Shown: piece by piece, positions 31,279 to 43,549 of the stretch
How the letters are laid out: every line of letters starts with the position of its first letter
Numbering within the stretch: position 1 is the first letter of the stretch
From: Candidatus Poribacteria bacterium
GTDB lineage: Bacteria; Poribacteria; WGA-4E; WGA-3G
Direction of reading: 5' to 3'
DNA length: 64,000 nucleotides
Assembly (NCBI GenBank): GCA_965197475.1
Contig: CBDANF010000003.1
Span: 2,816,001-2,880,000, forward strand
Made by a program: the position numbers and the translations under genes
The notes under the pieces: model-generated
The model's input: only the letters and a program-made list of their open reading frames with translations
Told to the model about the DNA's origin: nothing
Databases searched by the model: none

Positions 31279-32185
31279 TAGTAGATCCTGAAAATAAGTT
31301 TACATTTTCTGTGATTTATGTTAGCCTTTATGATTATGGCATATTCAACAGATGGACGCAAACGCGTGCTTGATTTCATCAATAATGGTGGCAGTAAAGC
31401 CGCCGCAGAACGCACCTTCGGTGTCTCAAGAAGGACGATCTATAACTGGTTAGAAGCAGAAGACCCCTTTGCCTATGAGAAGCCGGGTCCCAAAGGGCCC
31501 CGACACATTGATTATGATGCGCTTCAACAACATGTTGCCGATTTTCCCGATAGCACACTCGCCGAACGTGCCAAACACTTCGGTGTTTCAACAAACGGCA
31601 TCTTTTATGCCTTGGCAAAACTCAATATCACGCGAAAAAAAAGACCACGACCTACAAAGAACAGTGTCCGGTAAAACGCCAAGAGTATCTCTCGGCACTT
31701 CAACAAGAGACACACGAGCATGGCAAAAAACCGGTTTATCTTGACGAAAGTGGTTTCACCGAAACCGATTTCCGTCGGTATGCTTATGCCCGAAAGGTGT
31801 CCGTGTTGAAGATAAAGTGCCAAGTCATCGGTATACCACCACAACCTTGATTGCGGCACGTCTTGATGGATGTTTCACAGTGCCTGTGCTTTTCGAAGGT
31901 AGTTGCGATGCGGTTGCCTTCAACGCATGGCTTTCGGAGATGTTATGTCCTTTGCTTGACGACAGCCACGTTGTGATTATGGATAATGCCTCTTTCCACA
32001 AAGGTTCACAAACAGAAGCATTGATCCGGGAATGCGGTGCGAGTTTGTTGTTTTTACCGCCGTATTCACCGGAGTTGAATCCGATTGAGAAAGATTTCGC
32101 TAACATCAAGCGGATACGTCAATACAACGCTGAGACCTCTATTGATGATATTATAAAAGTGTATAAGTAATTACAGGTTTTACTA
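31279..32185 (+). mobile_element. IS630-family element, transposase split by a slippery A-run plus an extra 1-bp deletion near 31790
   Basis: TA-flanked TIRs TAGTAGATCCTG / CAGGTTTTACTA. HTH ORF 31318-31674, YLDESG after the A-run, MDNASFH and LPPYSPELNPIE in 31817-32170. Confidence 0.88.
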
Positions 32186-32223
32186 TAATAGACATAAGTT
32201 GTAACAAACAAAAGGAGCAATAA

Positions 32224-33366
32224 ATGACCGCACCCCGTGTTATTTATCTTGGCATCAGAACTGAGAAATCAGCTGCCGAGGTCGGTGGCTGGTCTAAAGT
32301 AGACCAGATGGGTTTTAGAGACGCTGTAATTTATGACACTGCAACCCGTAAATATCACAACTATACTAAATCAGAAGTTACGGATCTTATTGCTAAACTT
32401 CAAGCTGCTGATCTTGTTGTCGGCTTTAGCCAGTTGAACTTTGACTATAAGGTATTATCCACATATACTGAAACAAACTTTGAGACACTACCGAATTTTG
32501 ATATGCTTGACAAGATTGAACAAAACCTTAATTATCGCGTTTCACGTGACAATCTTGCACAAAATACGTTCAGTGGTACCAAAAACGAAAAAGCTTATCC
32601 TAATGTTGTAGATCGAGTTGAAATCACTAAAAAACTATTCGCACATGCCTGTAGAGAAGGATATCTTCTGTACGAAAACAAACGTTTTGGAGGAAAGGAT
32701 CGCTGCGATACTTCAAGTTGGGCAGAGACCGCAAGAAATCTAAGCCAAAGAAATAAGTTTTTGGCAGAAACAATGGCATTAAGCGAAAACAATATTTCTG
32801 AAAATCCCAATAATTCTAACCCGAATGTCCCCACTCCACCTATTAACCCTTGGAAGGATAAGGTTGAAGTCAACATAAATTCACCCATCCCTAGGGATCG
32901 CAAACATTCCGAGATAAAACCTCACAATTCAACAACAAGTCAAGTCAATATTGGAAACGAATCGGACATAAAAGAGTATCAACATATCGTAGGAGGTTCG
33001 GAAATTGCCGAAATCTCTAAAAAAACACAATTTACAGAAGTAGCTCGGCAAATTTATGATCAAACAAAGAACCGTCACGCGCGTGGAGTGGTTGCTTATA
33101 ACGAAATGGCTCGTTTGCATGGTTCTGTTATCTCTTTCCATCAGTTTATGGTAGCAATTGGACGAGTATCTAACTACCCCTCACCAAAGAATAATGCTGA
33201 AAAGTCAAGTTCCCGTTTAGAGTATCCTTCTGAGTATATTGAAGGATATGGCACTCTTGTGGGTAAACGTGAAAACGGTCGTATAGTTCAAATTTACAAG
33301 ATTCCACTCTGTAGAAGTGCTTATGCAGCGTGCATACAGTCAGGAAAAAGAGATGAAATGAGTTAA
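32224..33366 (+). CDS. Protein with N-terminal degenerate RNase H-like (YprB/DEAD-box C-terminal type) domain
   Basis: LQAADLVVGFSQLNFDYKVL and YRVSRDNLAQNT. Low-complexity C-terminal half. Confidence 0.6.
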   Translation: MTAPRVIYLGIRTEKSAAEVGGWSKVDQMGFRDAVIYDTATRKYHNYTKSEVTDLIAKLQAADLVVGFSQLNFDYKVLSTYTETNFETLPNFDMLDKIEQNLNYRVSRDNLAQNTFSGTKNEKAYPNVVDRVEITKKLFAHACREGYLLYENKRFGGKDRCDTSSWAETARNLSQRNKFLAETMALSENNISENPNNSNPNVPTPPINPWKDKVEVNINSPIPRDRKHSEIKPHNSTTSQVNIGNESDIKEYQHIVGGSEIAEISKKTQFTEVARQIYDQTKNRHARGVVAYNEMARLHGSVISFHQFMVAIGRVSNYPSPKNNAEKSSSRLEYPSEYIEGYGTLVGKRENGRIVQIYKIPLCRSAYAACIQSGKRDEMS

Positions 33367-33478
33367 TTTGGATTCGCTCATTCAGAATATAAAGGAGGAA
33401 TTGGCCCGAGGCATTTAGTTCAACTGACAATTTGTGACTAAAATCTAAAACTAAAACAATGGCACAACTTAAATATAC

Positions 33479-34723
33479 TGTACTGCCACCGGAAATTCGG
33501 GCCGCTCTCTAAGACAAGATTATGGTATAATATCCATCTCCTTGAAAGGAGTATCCGATGGCGAAACGAAAACGAAGAAACTTCACCTCCGAGTTTAAAG
33601 CCGAAGTTGTTCTTGAGGCTCTCAGCGTTGAAAGTTCCCAAGCAGAAGTGTGTCGGCGACATAACCTCATCGATGAACAACTTTCAAAGTGGAAGCGACA
33701 GCTTCTTGAAAAAGCGGCGACCCTCTTTGAACCCGCTGATAAACAGTCTGATGCCTCTGCGGAGCGGATCGCCCAACTTGAGCAACTCGTTGGGCGGTTG
33801 ACCTTGGCACTTGACATCCAAAAAAAAGCCTCAACTTACTTGAGTTAGCCTCGATGGAGCAGCGAGAAATGGTTACGGCATTACGGACAGACTTTTCGGT
33901 TCGGCAGATATGTGAGACACTCGGTTTCAACCGAAGCAACCTCTATTATCACTCCAAGCAGGCCCCGTGTGAAGCGGGCCTCCAGGATGAAATAGAGACG
34001 TTATCTTTGCTATATCCAACATACGGATATAGGCGTCCCACACAGTTGTTGGTGCGTAGCGGATACACCATCGGGTATAAACGTGTTGCCCGATTGATGA
34101 AGTCCGCCAACCTCTCGGTTTCTGTCAAGCGTGTCTGTCAAACCACGACATCCGTTGCGGGTGTGCGTCCCTGGAGCAATCGCCTTGAAAACCTTGATGT
34201 CTCCCGATGTAATCAGGTCTGGGTGGGCGATATTACCTACGTCCGCCTCAAAGGACACTTTATCTATGTTTGTCTGCTCATGGATGTCTTCACTCGCATG
34301 ATCAGAGGGTGGCATATCAGTCAACACTTGACGCAATCTCTGACGTTGAAACCCTTGGAGACAGCATTATGTCAAAGTGTCCCAGAGATCCATCATTCTG
34401 ATCAAGGCGTTCAATATCTTTCAAATGCGTCCATCTCACTGCTTAGGCATCATGGGATTGAGATTTCAGTCGCCCGGAGAGGGTGTCCTTGGGAGAACGG
34501 ATATGCTGAAAGACTTATCCGCACGCTCAAGGAAGAAGAAGTTCATCTCAATGACTATGAGGACATCCACGAAGCAAGAACCCACATTGGGCATTTTATT
34601 ACACAAGTGTATAATCACAAACGCCCTCACTCTGCGTTAGGGTATTTGACACCTGTGGAATTTGAGCAAAAAAACTTGTCTTAACTTTGCTAAATTTTGG
34701 TCTGAATAAACGGTAGCACTTCA
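33479..34723 (+). mobile_element. IS3-family element, copy 1 (1245 bp)
   Basis: TG...CA ends with imperfect TIR. orfA 33558-33848, orfB 33854-34684 (WVGDITY, HHSDQG, ENGYAER). A8G -1 frameshift site at 33820-33828. No TSD. Confidence 0.95.
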
Positions 34724-34761
34724 TGTTGAGACTCAGCAAGTCAAGCAAAAGGAGAAAAACA

Positions 34762-35634
34762 ATGGAACTTCGTATAGAAAAGTTCTTAACTTTATTTATG
34801 ATCGCGATTATATTCCTCGCGGGTTGTTCTGGATGTGGTCAAAAACCCACGCCACAGGCACCGATTGAGCAATCGCCGGAGGTGTCTAAAACACCAACCC
34901 CTGTCATAGAAACCTCTAAACCGGTAAAAAAGGTAGAAACACCGGTGGGTACGCCCAAACTGGATAACGCACTTGATGCTGCGAAAAAAGCCAAACTGAA
35001 AGCATTGACTGCAACAAAAGGATTATCAGCTGATGAACGCCGTAGAAGAAGGATCGAGATTCTCATAGAGGGACTAGACGACATGGCAGCAGCGCGTATC
35101 TGTGTTAGCAACAAGTCATGGAAAGCAGCGCGTCCCTATCTTGATAAAGCACTCGCGGAGAACCCGAATGACTTTGAAACCATGCTGTTCTGGGCGGAAA
35201 ATGCTGTATCAACGCTTGAGAACGAATTAGATTATACACTTAATCGAAAAAAGGTAGAGGTCCTTCGGCATCTATATGAAATGAATCCAAATCACCACAG
35301 AGTGTTATATGGCTTAGGGCGGAGTATCCATAATGCGTACCCTAAAGAAGCCCTCGGATACGTACAAAAGGCATTTGAACTTGAACCGAAGCACTACGCA
35401 AATTTCCCTCTCCTTGCCAAATGTTATATGAAAACCGGGCAGTATGAAAAGGCGTTAGTGGAGTATCAAAGGATCTTTAAATCCGCAGGCACAAATGTGC
35501 CCCCCGATGTTTTGGCTGGATTTTACCACATCCACCGGATACTTGAGCTAAAAGACGATGTTTACCGTGAGCAGTATGAGAAAAACCAAAAACGGTGGCA
35601 TATGGAAACACGCAAACGCCTGGGATTGGAGTAA
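34762..35634 (+). CDS. TPR-containing lipoprotein
   Basis: GGAG RBS, lipobox LAGC and TPR-like helices. Paralog of 56261-57075. Confidence 0.78.
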   Translation: MELRIEKFLTLFMIAIIFLAGCSGCGQKPTPQAPIEQSPEVSKTPTPVIETSKPVKKVETPVGTPKLDNALDAAKKAKLKALTATKGLSADERRRRRIEILIEGLDDMAAARICVSNKSWKAARPYLDKALAENPNDFETMLFWAENAVSTLENELDYTLNRKKVEVLRHLYEMNPNHHRVLYGLGRSIHNAYPKEALGYVQKAFELEPKHYANFPLLAKCYMKTGQYEKALVEYQRIFKSAGTNVPPDVLAGFYHIHRILELKDDVYREQYEKNQKRWHMETRKRLGLE

Positions 35635-35734
35635 TATTGATACAGACACTGCGTGATCGAACGACAAACACTCACAAACCATTGTACGAATCAAGGAAAA
35701 AATCAATGAATCGTAAATATCTTGAGGGTATTGC

Positions 35735-36462
35735 CTAACTAATGATATTCATGGTTTCCATTCCGCTAAGTTTTAAAATGTCAAACACGTCTCCATTAAC
35801 ACGAAATCGTGCGAACAAGGCAATCGTTAGGTTCACCATCTCCACACTTTTTGAAACAATAATGGACGGACGTTTGAACCGGCCGAACCAGTGCCGCATC
35901 AAGCAATTGTTGCGTTCAATGCGATGTGTCTCCGCCTTCGTTTGAACATGTTTTGAAGCAGGTAGGATGGATTCGTCCACCTGCCACTTGTCGGTGTAGG
36001 ACATTTTGACATTCAAGGCTTTGAGGCGATGCGTCAGTTTTTCAAGGGTTTCTGTGTTGCGTCCGCCGCATTGCCAATCTATGAGGTATCCTGTGTTCCT
36101 GTCAAGTGCTTTCCATATCCAAAGTTTGTTTTTCTTCTTTCCGATATAATGCCACATTTCATCAAGCTTCAAAACTACGGTGGATCCGGGTGAAAATGTC
36201 CGTTTCGGGGCGTGTTTTTTCGCATAGGAGCGTCCCCATTTGAGAACAGTTGTTACATGAATGTTGAAGAGTTTTGAGATAGCATTCATTGAAATACCGT
36301 GGCAGTCCAAGAGCAGAGCGAGGGTTTTATGTGTCTGGGGTTTACCTCGTGGTGTTTTGCGTGTGAATTGATAGTGGCAACTTGGACATTTATAGCGTTG
36401 TTTTGCGTTGACGAACCCGTTTTTGACGAAGTGAATATGTTGACATCTTGGACACGCTTTCA
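35735..36462 (-). CDS. IS1-family transposase (fused InsA-InsB)
   Basis: CPRC...KQRYKCPSC, LDEMWHYIGKK, YTDKW and THRIERNN. Confidence 0.88.
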
Positions 36463-36610
36463 TGGTATCCTCCTGTGAGTAGAAATGAGTTGTTTCAATG
36501 AGGATACAGGTTTTAGGCATATAAGTCAATGAAAATCAGTCTGATTTTTTCATTGACAACTCTCGTTATAAGTCTGATATTTATCAAAATTCTTCATATG
36601 TCAATGTTTA

Positions 36611-37765
36611 TCAATGTTTTCTTGGTATTTGTTCATGAAAATGCTCGCTGAGATCAGACAGCATCTGCCTCTGTCCTGAAAGTTCAAGTTGTCCTTGATG
36701 AAAGGTTTTTCGCACGGAGCGACTGACCTGCTGTATCAAAAGGTAGCTCATCACTTTCACACCTAAGTTCACATACGCGCCATTCCGTCCTTTTAGGCTC
36801 ATGGATGCAAGGTTTAGGTCTGTTTTTAGATACCGCCAATACTGTTCTATACCGTGGTGTTGAGACCATATCCGTAGGATTTCACACGCACGCAGCGGTT
36901 TCCCGAATACGAGCATTGTTCGGACTTTGCCACGGTCTGCAAAGAACAACACCACTACTTTTCCAAAAGTTGGACTTGTGGCTTTAGTCCGATAGACCGG
37001 TTTATCGCACCCCCATTGATTGGAAAGGAGTTGGATCGACTTTTTATGTTCCGAGAGTTTCGCCCTTTTTTCATCAATCGTCATCACATAGTTGCTTTTT
37101 CCGTGCACAAGGATCGTTTCAAATCCCATTTCTCGCAAGGTGTCAATCAAGTGGCGGCTACCATACCACGCATCGAAGGTGATCGGATAGTTTCGGATAT
37201 CTATTCCGGTCCCTTCAAAGAAAGACAAGATTTCCTTGAACATAGTGATGACACAGGAGGGTTTATCCGTATTCCCGCGTCCTTGTTTGCTGATCAGTCG
37301 CATATTCAGGGGAATGATCCGTTTTCCAATCTTTAGGACGATCCCCAATATATTTTGCCCCTTCATCGGCTGTTTTGCTTGAGAAGACCACCAATTGGAT
37401 GTGTAGGCGAGACCCTCTCCATAGCGGAAAAGAAAGGTATCATCCACACTGATGACGATACACAGACGCGATAGAGAAGCAGCACTTTTTGATACTGCCT
37501 CCTGTAGCACCTCTAACGCAATAGAACACCCGATACGCACAAAAAGATGCTGCCAGAGATAAAGACTCATCGTGTTCAGTTCCCGATATAGCCTCGTTTT
37601 CGGAATAGACAACGCATCCGCCACTTGATTCGGGTTAGTGAGCCCAAACAGATGGCAGGTTGACAAAAACACTAAGGTATTAACAAAATGCTGTTTCAAG
37701 GTCTGAAACTGTGAAGATAGAAGTTCTTGAAAAAAAGTGGTAGATTTGATAATCTGAGTTAGCAT
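36611..37765 (-). CDS. IS701/IS4-like DDE transposase
   Basis: SVDDTFL, TFDAWYGS and HHGIEQYWRYLK. AGGAGG RBS before ATG 37765. Confidence 0.85.
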   Translation of the reverse strand: MLTQIIKSTTFFQELLSSQFQTLKQHFVNTLVFLSTCHLFGLTNPNQVADALSIPKTRLYRELNTMSLYLWQHLFVRIGCSIALEVLQEAVSKSAASLSRLCIVISVDDTFLFRYGEGLAYTSNWWSSQAKQPMKGQNILGIVLKIGKRIIPLNMRLISKQGRGNTDKPSCVITMFKEILSFFEGTGIDIRNYPITFDAWYGSRHLIDTLREMGFETILVHGKSNYVMTIDEKRAKLSEHKKSIQLLSNQWGCDKPVYRTKATSPTFGKVVVLFFADRGKVRTMLVFGKPLRACEILRIWSQHHGIEQYWRYLKTDLNLASMSLKGRNGAYVNLGVKVMSYLLIQQVSRSVRKTFHQGQLELSGQRQMLSDLSEHFHEQIPRKH

Positions 37766-37780
37766 GAGATATCCTCCTAA

Positions 37781-39025
37781 TGTACTGCCACCGGAAATTC
37801 GGGCCACTCTCTAAGACAAGATTATGGTATAATATCCATCTCCTTGAAAGGAGTATCCGATGGCGAAACGAAAACGAAGAAACTTCACCCCCGAGTTTAA
37901 AGCCGAAGTTGTTCTTGAGGCTCTCAGCGTTGAAAGTTCCCAAGCAGAAGTGTGTCGGCGACATAACCTCATCGATGAACAACTTTCAAAGTGGAAGCGA
38001 CAGCTTCTTGAAAAAGCGGCGACCCTCTTTGAACCCGCTGATAAACAGTCTGATGCCTCTGCGGAGCGGATCGCCCAACTTGAGCAACTCGTTGGGCGGT
38101 TGACCTTGGCACTTGACATCCAAAAAAAAGCCTCAACTTACTTGAGTTAGCCTCGATGGAGCAGCGAGAAATGGTTACGGCATTACGGACAGACTTTTCG
38201 GTTCGGCAGATATGTGAGACACTCGGTTTCAACCGAAGCAACCTCTATTATCACTCCAAGCAGGCCCCGTGTGAAGCGGGCCTCCAGGATGAAATAGAGA
38301 CGTTATCTTTGCTATATCCAACATACGGATATAGGCGTCCCACACAGTTGTTGGTGCGTAGCGGATACACCATCGGGTATAAACGTGTTGCCCGATTGAT
38401 GAAGTCCGCCAACCTCTCGGTTTCTGTCAAGCGTGTCTGTCAAACCACGACATCCGTTGCGGGTGTGCGTCCCTGGAGCAATCGCCTTGAAAACCTTGAT
38501 GTCTCCCGATGTAATCAGGTCTGGGTGGGCGATATTACCTACGTCCGCCTCAAAGGACACTTTATCTATGTTTGTCTGCTCATGGATGTCTTCACTCGCA
38601 TGATCAGAGGGTGGCATATCAGTCAACACTTGACGCAATCTCTGACGTTGAAACCCTTGGAGACAGCATTATGTCAAAGTGTCCCAGAGATCCATCATTC
38701 TGATCAAGGCGTTCAATATCTTTCAAATGCGTCCATCTCACTGCTTAGGCATCATGGGATTAAGATTTCAGTCGCCCGGAGAGGGTGTCCTTGGGAGAAC
38801 GGATATGCTGAAAGACTTATCCGCACGCTCAAGGAAGAAGAAGTTCATCTCAATGACTATGAGGACATCCACGAAGCAAGAACCCGCATTGGGCATTTTA
38901 TTACACAAGTGTATAATCACAAACGCCCTCACTCTGCGTTAGGGTATTTGACACCTGTGGAATTTGAGCAAAAAAACTTGTCTTAACTTTGCTAAATTTT
39001 GGTCTGAATAAACGGTAGCACTTCA
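37781..39025 (+). mobile_element. IS3-family element, copy 2 (1245 bp)
   Basis: Near-identical to 33479-34723. orfA 37860-38150, orfB 38156-38986, 3-bp TSD TAA. Confidence 0.95.
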
Positions 39026-39242
39026 TAATGTTTGTTTATATTCAAATCTGTAATTAGGATGCTATCTCATGCTATAAAAGTCAAGGAAAATGGACACAGC
39101 AAAAACGCATTTTCATGGTGCTATACCTTGTTTCTATTGATTATTATTAGGTTCAAGACTATTCTGAGAAATATCAGTAAGTGTTATCATTACCGCAACT
39201 GAAATATGATGCAGCGCAGTTCAGAGGGTATCCCGCTAATTC

Positions 39243-39590
39243 TTGCATCATTATTTAACCAATACCCTCAAGAAAGATACTTGGTTGTATATGACAGCTA
39301 CCTACGATGGGGTGGATACCTTTAAAATCTATGAAAATGGAACAGAGTTCACTTCAGTCGGTGGTTTCGGCGGTCCTCCGCCCAGGGATACATCGGAAGT
39401 CAACATCGGTGGTTGGACGAACAACACTACAGAAACTCTTAACGGTATGCTCTATGATGTCGCGATTTTCAACGTCGCGCTGTCCGAGGAGGATATAAAC
39501 TCTTTGATGGACAAAGGTATTGCAGGGTTACTGCCAGTTGAGCCTGCTGGTAAACTTGCAACTACATGGGGAACTATCAAATCTCGGTAA
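39243..39590 (+). pseudogene. C-terminal fragment of a LamG/concanavalin-like protein with VEPAGKLATTWG tail
   Basis: WLYMTATYDG...LYDVAIFNVALSEEDI. No RBS or signal peptide (5' part missing). Confidence 0.75.
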
Positions 39591-39611
39591 TATACGCTTC
39601 CTTTTCCAATT

Positions 39612-39639
39612 AGGGCGTAATGTTTTTGTGTTACGCCCT
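39612..39639 (+). terminator. Hairpin after the LamG fragment
   Basis: AGGGCGTAA...TTACGCCCT. Confidence 0.5.
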
Positions 39640-39885
39640 CCCTCCAATCCTTAGTTTCAAATTAGATCATAAAGACATACCAAATCATCCCTTCGAAACC
39701 AACGCTATATTTAAGATGAAAGAAGAACACCGCGTTGAAATCCTATAAGTACATTTCTGATCACCCAATCTGGCTGCACCGCAGAACTTTGTGTCTCTCG
39801 AATCGGTGTGCCAATAGATGTTCCTGCATCATTGTGTGAGATAGCAGATTGACTACACATTCTTTGAAAAACAATCAAATCGTAT

Positions 39886-42110
39886 ATGGAGATGGCTATG
39901 GCAAAATTACCGAACATTTTACTTATTCTCGCTGACGATCACGGGTATGGCGATATCTCGGCGCACGACGGACCGTCAATTCAAACACCACATATTGATA
40001 GGATTGCTGCACAGGGAACGCGTTTTACGCAATTCTATGCGAATTCTTCTGTTTGTTCCCCAAGCCGTGCATCCCTCATGACTGGACGCTATCCTGATAG
40101 AGCGGGTGTCCCCGGGGTGATTCGCACCCATGCACAGAACAACTGGGGTTACTTTCGACAAGACGCTATCACGTTGCCTTCAATGTTAAAACAGAAAGAT
40201 TATCGCACATCGCTCATCGGAAAATGGCATTTGGGGCTTGAAGATGAGAATCACCCGTGCAAACGAGGTTTTGACCATTTTCACGGTTTCCTCGGTGATA
40301 TGATGGACGATTATTACATGCATCTACGACATCAAAATAACTATATGCGGCACGGTTTTGACACGATCGATCCGAGGGGGCACGCCACTGACCTCTTTAC
40401 GGACTGGAGCGTGGACTTTATTCGAACAGGACTTACGCAGTTTTGAAGATTATTGAAGGATTAGAGAGTTGATGTCGTCCGTAATCATCCAATAAACTTT
40501 GTTTGAGTTCGTAAATCGTTTGAGTGATTTTCCGGGCAGCACGCTTCAAGCAGACCCAGACCTGGAAACAACACGCAATATGGTTTCGTTGGGCACGCAG
40601 TTTGCGGCATTGACATTTGTCAATACCGGTTAATTGTTTGATTTCACGATGAAGTTGCTCAATCTTCCAGCGAACCCGACACTGTTGTTTTGTCGCTTTC
40701 GCATCCGATTGAGATAAATCGTTTGTCACAATATATTCCGTGCGTCCTGTATCAGACACAATCCGGAACAACTTCACTTGATACCCTTTTGGAAACCTTT
40801 TGATATGCACGCGTTTGCCTTGTGTCGTTTCTGATGGAGACCAAGATAAATCTTTTTACTTGCTGGTGCGGTTCAACACCATCCGTATCATTTACAAGCC
40901 TGTTTCGTTTCAGGGGCGCATAGTAGACCTTGGAAAGTGCCGCAATCGCTTTCATTACTTTCATGGATACATACCAAGCATCCATTAGCACTGTCCGAAA
41001 CGAGAGTTGTTTCTTGAAGTAAGCATCGTGCAACATATCAAGTAAATGATCAATTTTGGATTTACCATCAGGGTCTTTGTCAAAAATGCGGTAATCAATG
41101 ATCCAATACTCGTGTGTCTTTGGGTTAACATAGACACACGTGACAATACCGATGCCTTCAATGACCTTTTTGTCGCTACCACTCCATTGAGGGTAGGCAG
41201 CTTCAATCAGTTTTGAATATATTTTTGACAGCACAACATCGTCAAAGATAAGGTATCCATCTTTATCAAACGCAATGTCGTCTTTGACAGATTCCCAGAG
41301 TTCGCTTGAAGGAATGTTTTCGTTTCTCAGGAAACGATTGAGTTGATCATGGCTCCACTTCTCCGTATGGTTTGCAAAATAGGTTTGTGTAAAATTAGTG
41401 AAACTCGCTAACAAAAATTGACAATAATCAGAAAATAAGTGGTGCTTCTTTTTAGAAAGTGTAAATGTAGTCATAATAGAACAGTATAACATAATTGTAG
41501 ATTATTGCGTAAGTCCTGTCGAACTCACGCACATACATCTCATCCTTTTTTCCTCTATCTTGCATATAACGCACCGCATACACCAATTCAACCGCCTGAA
41601 GATTGGATCGAACGCGTGAGGGAACGTGAACTGGACATTTCACCCCAGCGTGCCAAATACGTGGCACTCGTTGAGCACATGGATGCGGGTATCGGAAGGG
41701 TACTTGATACGCTTGAGGAAACTGATCAGCTTTCCAATACGCTTGTAATCTACACATCAGATAATGGAGGAGCGATGCAGGTCGGTGCACATAACGGTCC
41801 GCTACGCGGGCAAAAAGGTGAGATGTACGAAGGCGGGATCCGAGTGCCTACGTGTGCTATGTGGCAAGGGCAGATACCAGAAGGACATGTTACGGATCAG
41901 GTAGCGATGCTTATGGATATCTTTCCAACGCTATGCGAGGTAGTTGATGTTCCTATCAAACACGAAATTGAGGGACGTTCAATTTGGCAAACGCTTCAAG
42001 GCGAAGAACAGGATTTCTCCGAACGCCTCCTTTATTGGTTGCGGAGAGAGGGAGGACAACAGTTTCACGGTCAGTGTCAACATGCCATTCGGCGTGGCGA
42101 TATAAAGTTA
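39886..42110 (+). pseudogene. Sulfatase interrupted by an IS701-like element and truncated by IS1595
   Basis: CSPSRASLMTGRY and GKWHLG motifs. Frame resumes at 41524 (PFFLYLAYNAPH, SDNG, YEGGIRVP) and ends at the IS1595 TIR. Confidence 0.9.
40427..41518 (-). mobile_element. IS701-like element with frameshifted transposase (ORFs 41492-40752 and 40810-40433)
   Basis: TIR CAGGACTTACGCA and 5-bp TSD TCGAA. LIFDDVVL, LMDAWY and RWKIEQLHREIKQ motifs. Confidence 0.9.
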
Positions 42111-42328
42111 CGCAATGAGTAGTTTTGGACTTGAGAAAAATTTTAAAAAATCGCTATAAAGCCTTGTGTCCACTGGGTTTATATGGTATAATATAGATAA
42201 GAAAATAGGGGGTTGGTAGCCCCCTAAATGAACACAAAAAGCGAGTTGCTTTTTGACGGTTCTAATCTTATCTGGTATTATATCAGAAATCCGTCAGAAA
42301 AAGCAACTCCTATTTCAAGGAGTTATCT

Positions 42329-43211
42329 GATGGATTTGTTGAAGGTGATGGAGCGTTTTCCCGATCAAGAGAGTTGTATTTCGCATTTAGAGAAGATTCG
42401 GTGGCGAGGTAAACCTGTGTGTCCGCATTGTGAAAGCGATCATATAGGAGAACGGACAGAAACAGAAATCGGTCGTATCGGTCGTTGGAACTGCCACGAG
42501 TGCCAAGTGAGTTTCAAGGTGACGTGCAGGTCGGTGTTTCACGGGACAAAGATAGCGTTACAGAAGTGGTTTTTGGCTATTTCGTTGATAACGAATGCGA
42601 AGAAAAGTTTGTCAAGTCATCAACTTGCGCGCGATTTAGACTTGAATCAAAAGACAGCATGGTATATCATGACTCGTATCCGTGCTGAAATGGCAAAGAA
42701 AGGTAACGTGCTACTACAAGGCATCATAGAGGCAGATGAAACTTACATCGGGGGTAAACCTCGTAAGCCTAATAAGAAGGAAGACCACGTGCCTGCCAAG
42801 CGTGGACGTGGAACAGAGAAAGACGCTATTATCGGGGCAGTACAGCGGGGCGGGAAAGTTGTAGCACAACTCGCTAAAGATTTGACAGGACGGACTATTT
42901 TAGACTTTATCCGAAGAGTCGTCAAAGTTGAGGATTCGGAGTTGATGACCGATGAGTATAAGGCGTATCTCGCTATCGGCAAGGAGATGAAACACCATAT
43001 CATAGATCATCAAACGCAATTTGTTGAGGGTGATGTCCACACAAACACAATTGAGGGGTTTTGGAGTCTACTCAAACGAGCTTGGTATGGAAGTCATCAC
43101 CACTACTGGACTGAATATACGCCCCTGTATGTAGCAGAGGCGTGCTATAAATACAACTATAGGAGCATTGACAGTATCTTTGATAAGTTTGTTAATGAAA
43201 GTATGCGGTGA
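42329..43211 (+). CDS. IS1595 transposase
   Basis: CPHC...CHEC Zn ribbon, EADETY, TDEY and NTIEGFW. Confidence 0.93.
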
Positions 43212-43220
43212 TGGACACAA

Positions 43221-43493
43221 CTAAAGGTATGCCTTATCAATCTTGTTCTTTTTGTCATCAGGATTTGAGGGAAAATGCTGTGGAAGTTCAAAAGTTGGCT
43301 TTCCATCTTTCAGAGCATCGATCATGTCAAGAGCAAATTCCAACCTCTCATTGTCCGTGTCAAAAGGTTTCTGAATCACTACGCGAAAATTTGTATCAAG
43401 TTTTACAAGGGCGAGTTCTACAAAACTCTCTGTATGTAAGGCTAAAAGTGAAAAATCAACAGGATCGGAAGGCGGCTTGAATATTACCCACAT
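43221..43493 (-). CDS. IS passenger hypothetical protein (copy of 725-997)
   Basis: Identical sequence. Confidence 0.6.
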   Translation of the reverse strand: MWVIFKPPSDPVDFSLLALHTESFVELALVKLDTNFRVVIQKPFDTDNERLEFALDMIDALKDGKPTFELPQHFPSNPDDKKNKIDKAYL

Positions 43494-43549
43494 GGGTTTA
43501 GTCTCCTTTGGGGTTAGAGGGGACAGAGTCCCCTCGTTGGTTGGAATTG

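Larger units (their letters stand above)
36574..39177 (-). mobile_element. IS701/IS4-like element carrying a nested IS3
   Basis: 17-bp TIR CTGATATTT(A/C)TCA(A/G)AAT and 5-bp TSD TAAGT (36569-36573, 39178-39182). Confidence 0.88.

Noticed and set aside
31780-31800. Programmed recoding at the extra frameshifts (IS630 ~31790, IS701 ~40850, lipoprotein ~56490-56525)
   Set aside because: The IS630 and lipoprotein shifts fall in short homopolymers, and none of the three shows a recognisable slippage signal. Pseudogenisation or long-read consensus error is simpler.
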